Origin: Macrostomum lignano
Lineage: Eukaryota
NCBI GenBank assembly: GCA_002269645.1
Contig: NIVC01001379.1
Span: 237,447 to 301,446, forward strand
DNA: 64,000 nt
Reading direction: 5' to 3'
Shown here: positions 52,693 to 64,000 of the stretch, piece after piece
How the letters are laid out: each line of letters opens with the position of its first letter
How positions within the stretch are numbered: the first letter of the stretch is position 1
Notes under the pieces: generated by a model
The model's database searches: none
What the model was told of the DNA's origin: nothing
The model's input: the letters and a program-made list of their open reading frames with translations, nothing else
Program-made: the position numbers and the translations under genes

Positions 52693-54661
52693 AGTAGCCT
52701 ACTGGGCCTTTCCTAAGCTTCCTAAGTGCTTACAAGTCTTGCTTACTGGCATCAACTTTGCTAAAGAAATTTTACAAAATCTTCGAAGAAATAAGAGATA
52801 TTTTTGTTATAAAAGTTACTAAACGAGTGTAGTTTCATATGAAGTTACAGAGTACTGTGCTTTCACAAGACTTAATTTTCACATCGTCAAAGTTTTTAGC
52901 CTCTGATGAGACATTTACAGTGGAAAATCTAGCTCTAATTTTTGTGTCTCGTGAAGCAAACTAGGCTATACTAGAACAATGTTTCAGAGGCCATATAGAA
53001 GATTGGAATAAAAAAACTCTAAAGCCCTGGGGACAGCGCGGCATGAGACCACAAAAATATGGGGCAATGGTGGCGCCACCGCTGAGAATAGCTGAATATG
53101 TTGAATAGCAAAGGACGTGTGGCCAGTGGTCACTGGCCAGCTAAGCTGCACCGTAGCTGCCTCACTGCACACATCAATTAACAAGGCAAAGGCATTCGGT
53201 GGGGTATTTTCTCTCATTCTTTATTGCAATTGTCCGTCTGTCTGCGACTCAGCAACTAAACTGCAGCCTCCATTGTTCGCTTTAAAACCTTAACTGACCT
53301 TTGCTAAGGCAGTCCTATATGGTTTAAAAATGCTTAGAGAAAATTGCTTAGTGGTGGCACAAGCGAACAATTAAGGATATAAGAGAAGGGCGGCATAATT
53401 TGGTTTACTAGTAGGCACACACAGCAGATATAGATATGAATAAATTTGCAAAAGAGGTAACACTTTATTCAGTTGCATTATGGTAGGGTGGGTAGCTAGC
53501 ACAGAAAAAATTGGCGCCTTAGCCATCACTATTATCAATTCTTTTTTCTTTAAAACCAACAGAATGAAAAGAAAATTCATACTTTTAGTTAAACTACTCT
53601 AAGTAATAAACGAAAATACCAATTAAAAAGAGTGATGATTTAATAATAATGAGAATAAGCTTTTTTAATCAATTTGTTTTTATCGAGTCTTGCTAACAAC
53701 ACAGCAAAAATAATGAGTGTTTCAGCCATTAATACTACCATATTAAAATGACAAAAATTAAAAGAAATAGACTTGCTAATAAAGCTACTATAATTAGTAA
53801 ATAAAATCTATTACTATTTAAAAATTATGATCTAATAATAAACATATAATCCAACAGAAGCTTTGTTAATCAACTATTTTCATTACTTTTAAACTCTCAA
53901 TCATACTACATATGCAGTTGGAACAAATCTAATAAAACTGCAAGACATAAATGATTATATGGTATAACTACCATTAAGGTACTTCAAAATATAGCCCTAC
54001 TTTGACCAAAGGATGGTTTTCTAGCTAGTAGTCTAATGCAATTCTGAAATTGTTTGATATACTAATGCATCAAAGCTCATATATATAACCAAAAGAGAAG
54101 GTTAGCTTTCTCATGCATTTTAATATGTTTAAAATTAGATCTAGTCCAGTATATTTATAGCCAAAAACAAGAGGATACTATAGTATATTCTAGAATAGGA
54201 ATTTTGAAAACAATTTATATGCTATATCTATGCCTTAACCTTATTGCTAACTCTATATAAAAAATCACCATTACTGTAGCCCTATATTAACTATAATAGC
54301 AAGGTTGGCCAAATATAATTTTAATCAATAGGCACTATGATTATGCATCAAATATTCTAAGAACTCCTTGTATAAATCATATTCTTCCATAGAAAAAAGC
54401 CTATGAGTTTTAGGCCTAAAGCAAGATTTCATTTTTAGTATATAGGATTAGGTCTATGGACTTATTGGAATATTTTATAGTTTTTTAATATTTATAGTTT
54501 TATAGCTTTAAATTTTGAAACTATATGCTAGGGTTTTACTTTTGTCTATAATTATCTCACTGATGCTACAAATTGTGTTAGGTCTACATGTATACATTTA
54601 TTTCTAAGAATCAACTGTAAGATGCATTTTAATACATTTCTGATAGCATTACCAATTATTC

Positions 54662-55980
54662 TGTAAGGAATACTCTAAAAGTTTTGCAATTCAACCACTT
54701 GCACAAGTTGCATAATCTTTAAAATCTACCCTCTGTACATTAAACATGTACATAGTAATTACATCTATTTTCAAGTAAATTCATATATACACACCTATAA
54801 AGCCCTAGTCAAAGTCAGTGACTTCTTAACTATGCAGCTACAGCCATGGAATTGAATCCTGAGCAGAATCAGATACTGATTTGGTGTTGCCACAAGCAAA
54901 AACTCACAATGCTTGAGACTTATGCCAAGTTATTAATAACATTGGATGCTTAAGCACTATCATATGCTATAGTTACACACTGGTATCCCAAGTTGCAGAC
55001 TGGCAAGACCAGCTTTTCTAACAACCCTTGACCTAGGAGACCTCTGACAGCAGTGAGAGAGGAAATCATTGCTATAGAGCAGGAGCTGATCCATCAAGAT
55101 TGATGGATCACCATAGACATGTTAGCTATGAATGTTGGCATTGGATCAGCAGTGGTTGATACAATTCTATACAATCACCTGAGAGTTAAGAAGCTTTGTG
55201 CCTGATAGATACCCCACTTCCTAACAGATGCTCAGAAATAAGCCCAGCCCATATGGAGTTCTGCCAGTTTCTGATCAATCAATATGAAAATGAGAGCCAT
55301 AAGTTCCATTCTGAAGTTATCACTGGCAATAAGACATTTCTGTATCATTTTGACATTGAAAGAAAATGCAGCAATATAGAGTGGATACTTAAAGGTGGGC
55401 AACAACCCCTGAAAGCAAGGTGGTCCTAGTCCTAAGGCAAGTGGATATTTGCCATCTTCTTTAACTTACAAGGCATTGTAGTAATGGTGAAACTAGAGGG
55501 TCAAGCTACTGTCACTACTCAATGGTACACTAAAGAATGCTTGCCAGTTGTGGTTGATAGCCTGACCTAGAGGGCACCAAGGATGGGAATGCAAGAGTGG
55601 AAGCTTCACCACAACAATGCCCCTGCTTACATGGCTATTGCAACTTCAAGAGTATTCCTAGACCAAGAGGGCATTGCAATGCTACCACACTCATCTTATT
55701 TACCAGACCTTGCCCCTGTGACTTTTGGCTCTTTCTGAAATCAAAAATTTGCTTAGGGGATGCAAGTTTCAGTCTAAGAAGGAGCTGGAGTAGGCAGCAA
55801 AGGAGGTGATTGATGGCATCCTAATTGAAGAGTTCTAGGGCCTCATGAACACAAGTGGATTGGATAAGTGCACAAATGTTTGCAGTTCTAAGGAGCCTAT
55901 TTTGAAGGACTATAATAGAGAAATTTGACAGAAGTAACTTTAACTAGTCAACTTGCAAAACTTTTGGAATATCTCTCATA
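54662..55980 (+). mobile_element. Full-length dead mariner (Tc1/mariner) transposon
   Basis: 28-bp TIRs 54662-54689 and 55953-55980 (6 mismatches, all transitions), about 1.32 kb in total. Confidence 0.9.
54846..55915 (+). pseudogene. Mariner transposase pseudogene
   Basis: MELNPEQ... start; A**IPH (WVPH motif), TGNKT (TGDET), HHNNAPAY (HDNAPAH), HSSYLPDLAP (YSPDLAP), GAYFEGL*; many stops and several frameshifts. Confidence 0.9.
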
Positions 55981-57159
55981 GTAGCATTCTAATGTATTCT
56001 AGCCTGAGTGGTCCCACTATCATGTACTAGCTTACAATCTAGGCATTACACCATAGCTCTACTCTTTATAACCCTTTTGCATTACTTTCCCACTTGCTTT
56101 CATTGCAAATCACTTCAAACCTTTTTTAGACTTCTCTGTAAGTAACAATAGTTCTAATCTCTAAGTATATATAGATTGAATTACTCAAGAATAAGCTTAC
56201 AAAACAAGTCATTTCATTTGTTATTAACTTGCTCCTATAATCATTTTCCTATATTTTTATAACAAAAACTAATTTCAAATTATTTGTATTGGAAAATAAA
56301 TAGGGAACTTAGTTTTGGTATTTTGTAAAATTTCAACTTCTATATTATGAATAAAATATCAGTGCATCTCAACTGTTTATGGGACATATTATATACTAAT
56401 ACTAATCCTATACTTTGACACTAAGAGTTTAATTGCACATTAAAGAAGGTATCTATACTTTTCAATGTCTGCTTTTTGGTAACCTAGCATTTCGGTACTA
56501 TAGTTTGCTTGTTGTTGTTAGTGCTTAAATCTATATACTAATCTGAAACGTTTCTTTTATAATCTAGAATTAGATATAAAAAAATTGAAAGTAAGCCCTG
56601 ATCTTACAATAAATCTTTTGTAGTATTTTTACCTTAAATAACTAAATAGTATTCATTTTGTTGAGCTGATATGCTTTACAAATTTGAAAATTCTCTTTAT
56701 TTAAATACATTTTGGTACAAAAAATGTCTTTTTATTACTTTTATATTTCTATATTTATTTTTTGTTTTCATGTTTTTGTGATAGCTTTAAACAAGGATTA
56801 TATTTATATGAATTTAAATTTGGATTGTTGAATTACTATGCAAGTTGAATAGGCACTTATGATAATTTTATAATCTCATCTTTTAGTCATTTTTTATACT
56901 AGAATAGGCCATAAAAAATCAATACTAAAATATTTGTCACATTTATAATTTTGATTGGAATTACATTTAGCATCAGTGATTAATAGATTTTATCTTGACC
57001 TAAGTCTTCCTAGCACATGTTTGATATAGCCTTGTATACAGCTTATGTAATTTAATTAAACAATTTTTTTTAATTAAAAAAGCATCTAGCAGTTTAACAA
57101 AATGAATATAATACTTTTGTTTTAATCCAATCTATTTTTGTCCCTATCCTTTAGTATTA

Positions 57160-59225
57160 TCTCTACATATAAAAATCAAAACTCTGTCTGTCTGTCTGTC
57201 TGTCTGTCTGTGGACAATTTTGATCGCTATGGACTCCCAAACCGCTCAACCAAATGACACCAAACTTTACACCCACCCTAAACTTACTACGGAGAATGTC
57301 TTAGGCTACCTTTAAATTTCCTAGACTCAAGTCTTCCTACCTAAAAGTACAAAGAACTGCTCAAAATACGCGATTTTGTCACTAAATCCTTCATAGCGCC
57401 GCTCCACTTCTACCGATTATCTTCAAATTTGACACAGACAATCTTCAACTATTTTGGCACAATTATGTAAAATTTCGAGTCTCAAAGTTAATCCTGAGCG
57501 GTGCTGTGCACTTTTAAAATTTGGCTGTTTTTTTCAGCGTAGCAACCACCCCAACCTCTGACCGCCTGCCTCTCTTTCCCGATCTGGGCCCAGATGTGTA
57601 AAAGGGGTTTCAAAATTGACTAACTTTCAACTGCCATAACTTTGCTCCACGTAAAGCGATTGACTTCAAAATTGACACAATTCTTCATCGACTCATTCTC
57701 TATCTAAATGTTTCAACTCTGTAACTCAACCGAAAAAGAAACTGTAAGCATGTGAAGTTTGTCTGCTTTTTCTGTTGTTTGTGGCGCTCAACTCACTCAT
57801 TCCCCCAGCCCAGACGAAGGGTCAGGCGATAGGGCTCAATGTACATAGCGAATGTACAGTGTTTTGGAATAAATTTTTTATGGCCTTCTCTGCACCCCGC
57901 GCGTGAGAGGCAACGTTTGACAGTTTAGCGAGAGATTCAAGCCACTGTCCTTTGTATAGACAAGTCTGCAGCAGTTTAACAGTGGATGGATGGCAAATCA
58001 AGGTGATGTGGGATGGTTTGTAAAAATAGCGAGAAATTAATAAATAACTGATTGCAATGCAATCCTACTAAAAGTTACACCACGAAAATTTTAACATTAA
58101 GATTCGCATAAAGTACTTCAAAATTTAAATGGTTCCTAAGAAATGCGCATTTCCTTGGTTGTTAGACTGCTGCAGAATGGTGATGGAGCTGGAGATACAC
58201 AAATTCCTCTCAGGGCTGCAAATTGGCCAGAAAGATGACGTGATTAAAGCATGAGAAATGATAACAACCATGATAGTACTACGTCCCGCAAACTGGCTTT
58301 CGAAGCAGGGATCGGCAGATTTTTACCTGAAAGGTAAAATCCAGCTTTTTATCCAGCTCATGGCTGCGGGCCAGATGAGAGTGAAAAGGAGAAGGAATAG
58401 ACTATTAGAAAGAGAGGAGGGGCGAGAGGGGGGTAAGAAAAAAGATAGACGATAATAAGAGAGACGAGGGGTAAGGAGAGAGCAGACAGCAGAGTATATG
58501 GGAGGAAGAAGCAAGAGGAGGGAGAGAGGAGGGAAAGGAAATAGTAAAGGTGAGAAGAGGGAGAGAGAAGAGGGGAGAGATGAGACAGAGGATCGATGGG
58601 AGAGGAGAGTAGAGAAGAGTGAGAAGAGAGTAGAGATGAGAGATGAAGGAAGAGAGAGCAGAGTGCAGAGAGACGGGAGAAGAGAATAGAGGGAGAGAGT
58701 ATACAAGAGGGGAAAGAGAAGAGTACACAGGAGAGAGGAGAGTAGAGATGACAGAAGGGAAAGGGGGATGAGAGAGCAAAGGTGAGAGTGAACAGACGAT
58801 ATATGAGAGAAGAGAGGAGAGTGGAGAGAGAAGAGAGAAGACAAGAGAGGGAGAGAGTATAGAAGAGGGAAGAGAAGAGAAGAGAAGAAAGGAGAAAGAA
58901 AAGAGAGGGGAAAAAAGAGGGGAAAAAGAAGAGTACAGAGGAGAGAGGTGAGAGAACACACGAGTATAAGAGAGTAATGAGAGATGAGAGAGGGGAGATA
59001 AGAGAGCAGAAACAAGAGTGAACAGACGAGAGATGGGAGTAGAGAGAAAAGAGGAGAGGTGAGACAAAGGGAGAGAGAAGTGAGTGAGGAAGAGGAGGGG
59101 AGGAGAGGGAAGAGAATCGAGAGGACAGGGAAAGAGGGGAAAGGATGAGAGAGAGAGGAAAGAGGGGAAAGGATGAGAGAGGAGAAGACAGATGAGACAG
59201 GAGAGAGCAGAGAGCAGAGAGCAGA

Positions 59226-59305
<80 letters not shown>

Positions 59306-59631
59306 CAAGCAGAGAGTAATGGGAAGAGATAAGAGAGAAAAAGAGGTGAGGAAAGAGATGAGAGGAGAGAGTGGAGAGAGGAGAGGAGAGAGTTGAGAGA
59401 AGAGAGATGAGAAAGGGGAGAGGAGTAGATGAAGGAAGTGTTGAAAGGGTAGAGTAAGGAGTGAGAAGAGAAGAGAAGTAAGAGACAAGAGACGAGAGAG
59501 AAGAGAGGAAACAGAAGAGAAGATAGAAATTTCAAAGGATCCAAGGGGCATAGGGAGACAGAGAGGCAGATGCAGAGGCAGAGGCCAGCCAGACTGCCAG
59601 AGTTTGCCTGGCATTCTGCGCAGCACCCTAG
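57160..59631 (+). mobile_element. Third Helitron-like non-autonomous element (5' end clear, 3' end tentative)
   Basis: A|TCTCTACATATAAAAATCAAAAC, (TCTG)n and AAACCGCTCAACC parallel the A/B 5' ends. Candidate end is the TGCCAG/CTGGCA hairpin plus CTAG at 59628-59631, but the next base is C rather than T. Confidence 0.45.
58380..59545. repeat. Purine-rich low-complexity tract with an (AG)n microsatellite (~59230-59300)
   Basis: Almost only A and G on the + strand. Confidence 0.92.
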
Positions 59632-60788
59632 CCAACAATATCAATGTTTGCCTCAAATCCTAATTTTACACAAATGTGTACTCTATTTTATGTTTAACTC
59701 TTTCGTAACTATTAACAAGTTTTTGTTTGAGTTAGACCTCAGATTTTAGAATACATGCAAAAATAGTTCCGGGGATTGAAATTCCCCGGGTTCAAAATCC
59801 GCGGGTTTCAACAGCTTGTAAGATATATAAATAACAAATACTTATATAGATTAAAAAATAAAATTTAAGCACTTTATTGAAAGAAAAATATATTAATAAA
59901 CATTGGTAAAAATGGGGGGCAAGTACCATTGATGCTCCTCCTTACCTTAAAAGTAGGAGCCATGACCCCCTTGCCCCCTCCTCATTCTAATGCATATAGA
60001 GTAAGTGGGTACCCTTTCTTTTTGTGGCTAGCAATGATGGTACCCTCTCCCTCTGCCCTAAAAAAGGTCTTCACTGCCCTTTGTAGTTTGCTCAATATAA
60101 TGCCTTTAAGGATACCTTCTAGTGTAATTTAGTACCCCCTAGTATATTATGACAAATCCTCTAATATATATTATAGCACTTCTCTAATGTACAAACTATA
60201 TTAATGAGGCCCCTACTCATTGTTAAAATCTACCCCTTTATTTTATAATTCTAAATGCCTTTGGATTGTATATATATTATATATATATATGATTAAGGGC
60301 CTAGGCCTATTATATATTATTATAATTATTATATTATAACCATTATATGAGGTATCAACTTAGGAGTCAAGACAAAACTTTTAGCAACCTACTATTAAAA
60401 ATTGACTTTTGCTTTTGGCAAATTTATTTAGGCCTATTCTAAGATGGAATTCTTGTATTTAGCATGTCCAATGTTCCAATTTATGACTTTTGGAATAAAG
60501 GTTGGACAATATTAAATTTTTAGATTTTTGAGACTCAAGCTCTATACTTTCAAGATATTCAAGATTTGATGGAGATTCAAGATTAAGCCTTATGCTTTGT
60601 GAACTACATTAAATTTTAAATAATGTTAAACTAAAACTAAATATTATAACTAAATATAAATTGTGCAATACTTAGTATTTTTACCTTTATGATTAAGACT
60701 AGCAGTATCACTGTTTTGTAAACTACAAAATCTAAAAAAAAACTATAAAAATAGGCATTTTATACTTTTGCCATTTTGGTGTAATTTT

Positions 60789-62619
60789 TGTGAGCTATTG
60801 AGCTCTTAGCCATAAAAGAATTTACTTTGTGGCTGTTTCTATGGTTACAAACTCATTCCATTTGATACAGACCACGACATTGAGAAGCATAAGCTATGCT
60901 GGTAAGTGGTATAAAATAAAAGGTTCCAAACACCTCGCTTATAGAGTGAGCAAATTTTATAGAAAGTAGCAAGCCAAGGGCTACTCATAAAAGTTGTCTT
61001 TGAATTTGTTATCATTCTTTGGCCAAAACCTAACACTAGCAACAAGGATAGGATATGACTACTCTATAGAGTGCAAATGATCTAAGGAGATACCAGTGGC
61101 GGATGCTCTATCTTGTCTCAAGACTAGCACCACATAGCAAGAGCAATTCGACGTCAGCTCTATACAAGAATGCATTGTAGCAATACTGATCAACAAGAAC
61201 TGACTAAGGTGGCAATCCAAGGGTGATAGGGAAACAAGAAAGCTTTTTGGTTTAGTAAAGCATGGTTGGAAAATACCTATATTGGAAAAACTTCAGCAGT
61301 ACTACCCATATTGGAACAAGCTGGTGATTGAAGATTGACTACTTTACCAAGGAAGTCGCTTGTTAGTACCAAGTCAAGAGCGACAAGTGGTTCTACAGCT
61401 GCTTCATGATGGTCACATTGGGCCTGACAAGATGAAGTTGATAGCTGGGCAGTGTGTCTGGTGGCCAACAATTGATTGCGACATCGTTGAGTTCTATAAG
61501 CAATGCTTTTCATGCCAACAAGACAAAGACCACGGCATCACTCAACAGTGGACCTCTTGGCCAGATGAGACTGAAAGGTGGGCATGAGTCCATGTTGACT
61601 ACACCAGACCTCTACCCAGAGGCAACTACCTTCTAGTGATGATAGACGCCTATAGCAAGTGGGCCAAGGTTCATGTCACCAGGAGTACTTCAAGCACAGA
61701 AACAATCAAGCAACTACGGTGGTCATTCACCCAGGAGGGAGTACCAGCGACTATCGTGTCGGACAATGGACCTCAGTTCATTTCTGCGGAGATGGAGGGC
61801 TGGCTGAAAGGAATTCAGTGCCACCACATGCTTGCCCCTCTATACTACCCAAGATCAAATGGACTGGCTGAGAGATTTGTGCGCAATTTGAAAAACCATG
61901 TAAGAGCTTCTAGTGAGACTGATCTTCAAATGTGCATTGACCAATATCTCTTGCAGTACAGAAATGCGAAGCACATAACTACGGGAAAACTCCTGCAGAG
62001 TTAATATGTGGTCATTTATTATAGACTCCTGCACTTGCGCTGTCTTGGGAGCCCATGTGGGTGAAGACGTACAACAATGAGACAGCAAAATGGAGAGAGG
62101 GAGAGATCATTTCCCGCAAAGGCAACATGGTCGTCGACGTAGAGTTTAGTGATAGACGACAATGCCAATGCCACCTGGAGCAGGTGAAGCCAAGGGTGAC
62201 GGAGGACCCAACACTGGCAGCAGATGTTTCAGCTCCAATTGACAAAGACCTGGAGCCCCAAGACATTGAAGCACCAAAGGTTTGACAGAATCAGCAAGCT
62301 AGACGAACACCTGACAGACTGGAATACCAATTTCTAGGTGTACCTACGTAAACTCTATCAACTGTGGAGGAGTGTGAGCTATCGAGCTCTTAGCTATAAA
62401 TGAATTTACTTTGTGGCTATGTCTATGGTTACAAACTTGTTCTGTTTGATACAGACCAGGACATCGAGAAGCATAAGCTATGCTAGTAAGCAGTATAAAA
62501 TAAAAGGTTCCAAACACCTCGCTTAAAGAGCGAGTGAACCTTATAGAAAGTAGCAAGCCAAGGGCTGCTCATAAAAGTTGTCTTTGAATATGTTATCATT
62601 CTTTGGCCAAAACCTAATA
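60789..62619 (+). mobile_element. Internally deleted Gypsy LTR retrotransposon
   Basis: 247-bp LTRs 60789-61035 (TG..CA) and 62373-62619 (TG..TA); 5-bp TSD ATTTT; degenerate tRNA-Ser PBS 61037-61054; PPT GGAGGAG. Confidence 0.92.
61097..62285 (+). pseudogene. Gypsy pol remnant (end of RNase H plus integrase)
   Basis: ADALS; LHDGHIG..WWP..C..C zinc finger; HVDY, VSDNGPQF, SNGLAERFV (DDE); YRNAKH; stops and frameshifts. Confidence 0.9.
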
Positions 62620-63136
62620 ATTTTGACATTGTAATATATTTTACCTATATAACTTTAGCCAACACATTTTCAAACATTCTTGGACACTTTTTATAGGACT
62701 TAAAAATAAAATGTTGCAAAAAGTATCATATAGTTAATTTTTGCCAACATATCTTCTAATACTTAAAATGTTTCTTAGAGCTAGGTCTATACATGCAGCT
62801 CATACTATTCATGTAAGCTTTACGTGAATATATATATTTTTTTGTTAAGGTACTGTAGCAGATCATTTGTATTACATGTCATTTAATTGTATCAATTGAT
62901 ATATACATATGTATATGTAGGAGCTATCATTTTATTTTGACTACATATAGGGCCTATACAGTATGTATTATATATGAAAGTCATGTTCAGTGTTAAATGT
63001 AGTAATTTGTATTTTGTATTAATTTGACTACAATAAATCTTCTATCTAAATAAACTAAATCTCTAAGGTTTATATGTTTGTCTATAACACTCTAGAGATT
63101 GCAATTCTTGACTAATTTTGATCGTGTTTTTGCTAA

Positions 63137-63230
63137 TCCTATATCCTAAAAATGAGTTGTCTGTATGTATGTATATAGGTATGCGATTGATTAGAAAAAA
63201 ACAGCTCTATATATTTTAAGAGAAAATATA
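63137..63230 (+). mobile_element. Degenerate 5' end of a family-A Helitron
   Basis: A|TCCTATATCCTAAAAATGAGTTGTCTGTATGTATGTATATAGGTATGCGATTGATTAGAAAAAAACAGCTC; heavily decayed downstream. Confidence 0.8.
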
Positions 63231-64000
63231 TAACATACTATATGTAGTAAAAAAATGCCAACTCCTATATTTACATATGTTATCAATTAATGCAATTAAA
63301 TGATGTGCAATACAAATGAAATACTATAGGCTGCTGCAGTATCTTAATAAACATACATGGTCAAACTTATAATTACATAAATAGTATAACTATATGTATA
63401 TGACCTAGCTCTAAATGACATTTAAGTGTTAGATTTGTTAGCAAAATTTAACTATACAACACTTTTTCAGATACTTTTTGCAATATTAATTTTAAGTGTT
63501 GGCAATATTGGAAACACTAAATATTGGAAGATATATTTAAAAATGTATTGGCAAAAATTATATAGGTCTAGATTTGTATATATTTTTGTATGAAAGTTTT
63601 GTCACATAATCATATTTTTAGTGCAGATTTTCTATCATGGAGTCTATTGCACCATTTGCCAAAATGTCAAACAAAGATGTCTAAGCCCTAGGCTTTAAGT
63701 ATTACTTGCATAGCCTGTGTGGAAAGCCTCTTTCTATTCTTTATTTGTACACAAAGATCTAACTAACCATGCCATTCTAAAATCCACATGTTTCTAAGAA
63801 AAACATTTTGTTTCAATAATCATATTTCTCAAAATATTTTTGCTATTTTTTTTTAAATGAACTGAAATTTTAGTATAAATGGATGCAAATTTAGGGCAAG
63901 GAGAAGCATGCTCTTGTTTGAGCTTCAAATCAACTTTCAACCTTAATGTTGGTTGAGAAATCTATTAAGTAAGTTCCAATAAATTATTGACAAGTGTTGC

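Noticed and set aside
53120-53139. Perfect palindrome TGGCCAGTG-GT-CACTGGCCA; also a hairpin at 59769-59789
   Set aside because: Isolated short hairpins with no partner terminus or CTAG/TSD context.
58323-59656. Leu/Ser-rich 230-432 aa minus-strand ORFs
   Set aside because: Artefact of an A/G-only tract, whose complement cannot contain stops.

Overview
Eukaryotic, intron-rich and tandem-repeat-rich genomic DNA from an invertebrate animal. The gene style and satellite-filled introns resemble the flatworm Macrostomum, but that species call is inference only. Five spliced genes: a GIT-family ArfGAP (+, 98-29537, first exon upstream of the window), an ethanolamine kinase (+, 31054-35083), an RNF4-like RING protein (+, to 37182), a DEGS1-type sphingolipid delta-4 desaturase (-, 40473-45229) and an uncharacterised 235-aa protein ending in a CaaX lipid-anchor motif (-, 50676-52272). 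One GIT intron holds a 15.9-kb head-to-tail array of non-autonomous Helitrons from two related families (4112-20041). Each has a tRNA-like Pol III cassette and internal satellites. Almost every other intron has its own minisatellite. From about 53.5 kb to the end lies an AT-rich, gene-free tract of decayed elements, including a full-length mariner and an internally deleted Gypsy with both LTRs. Their decay is dominated by C-to-T/G-to-A changes at CpG and also CpA, a RIP-like or methylation-driven signature. Most long ORFs in the supplied track are translations of satellites, not genes. Coordinates were counted by hand: splice sites and element termini should be exact or close, repeat edges are approximate.
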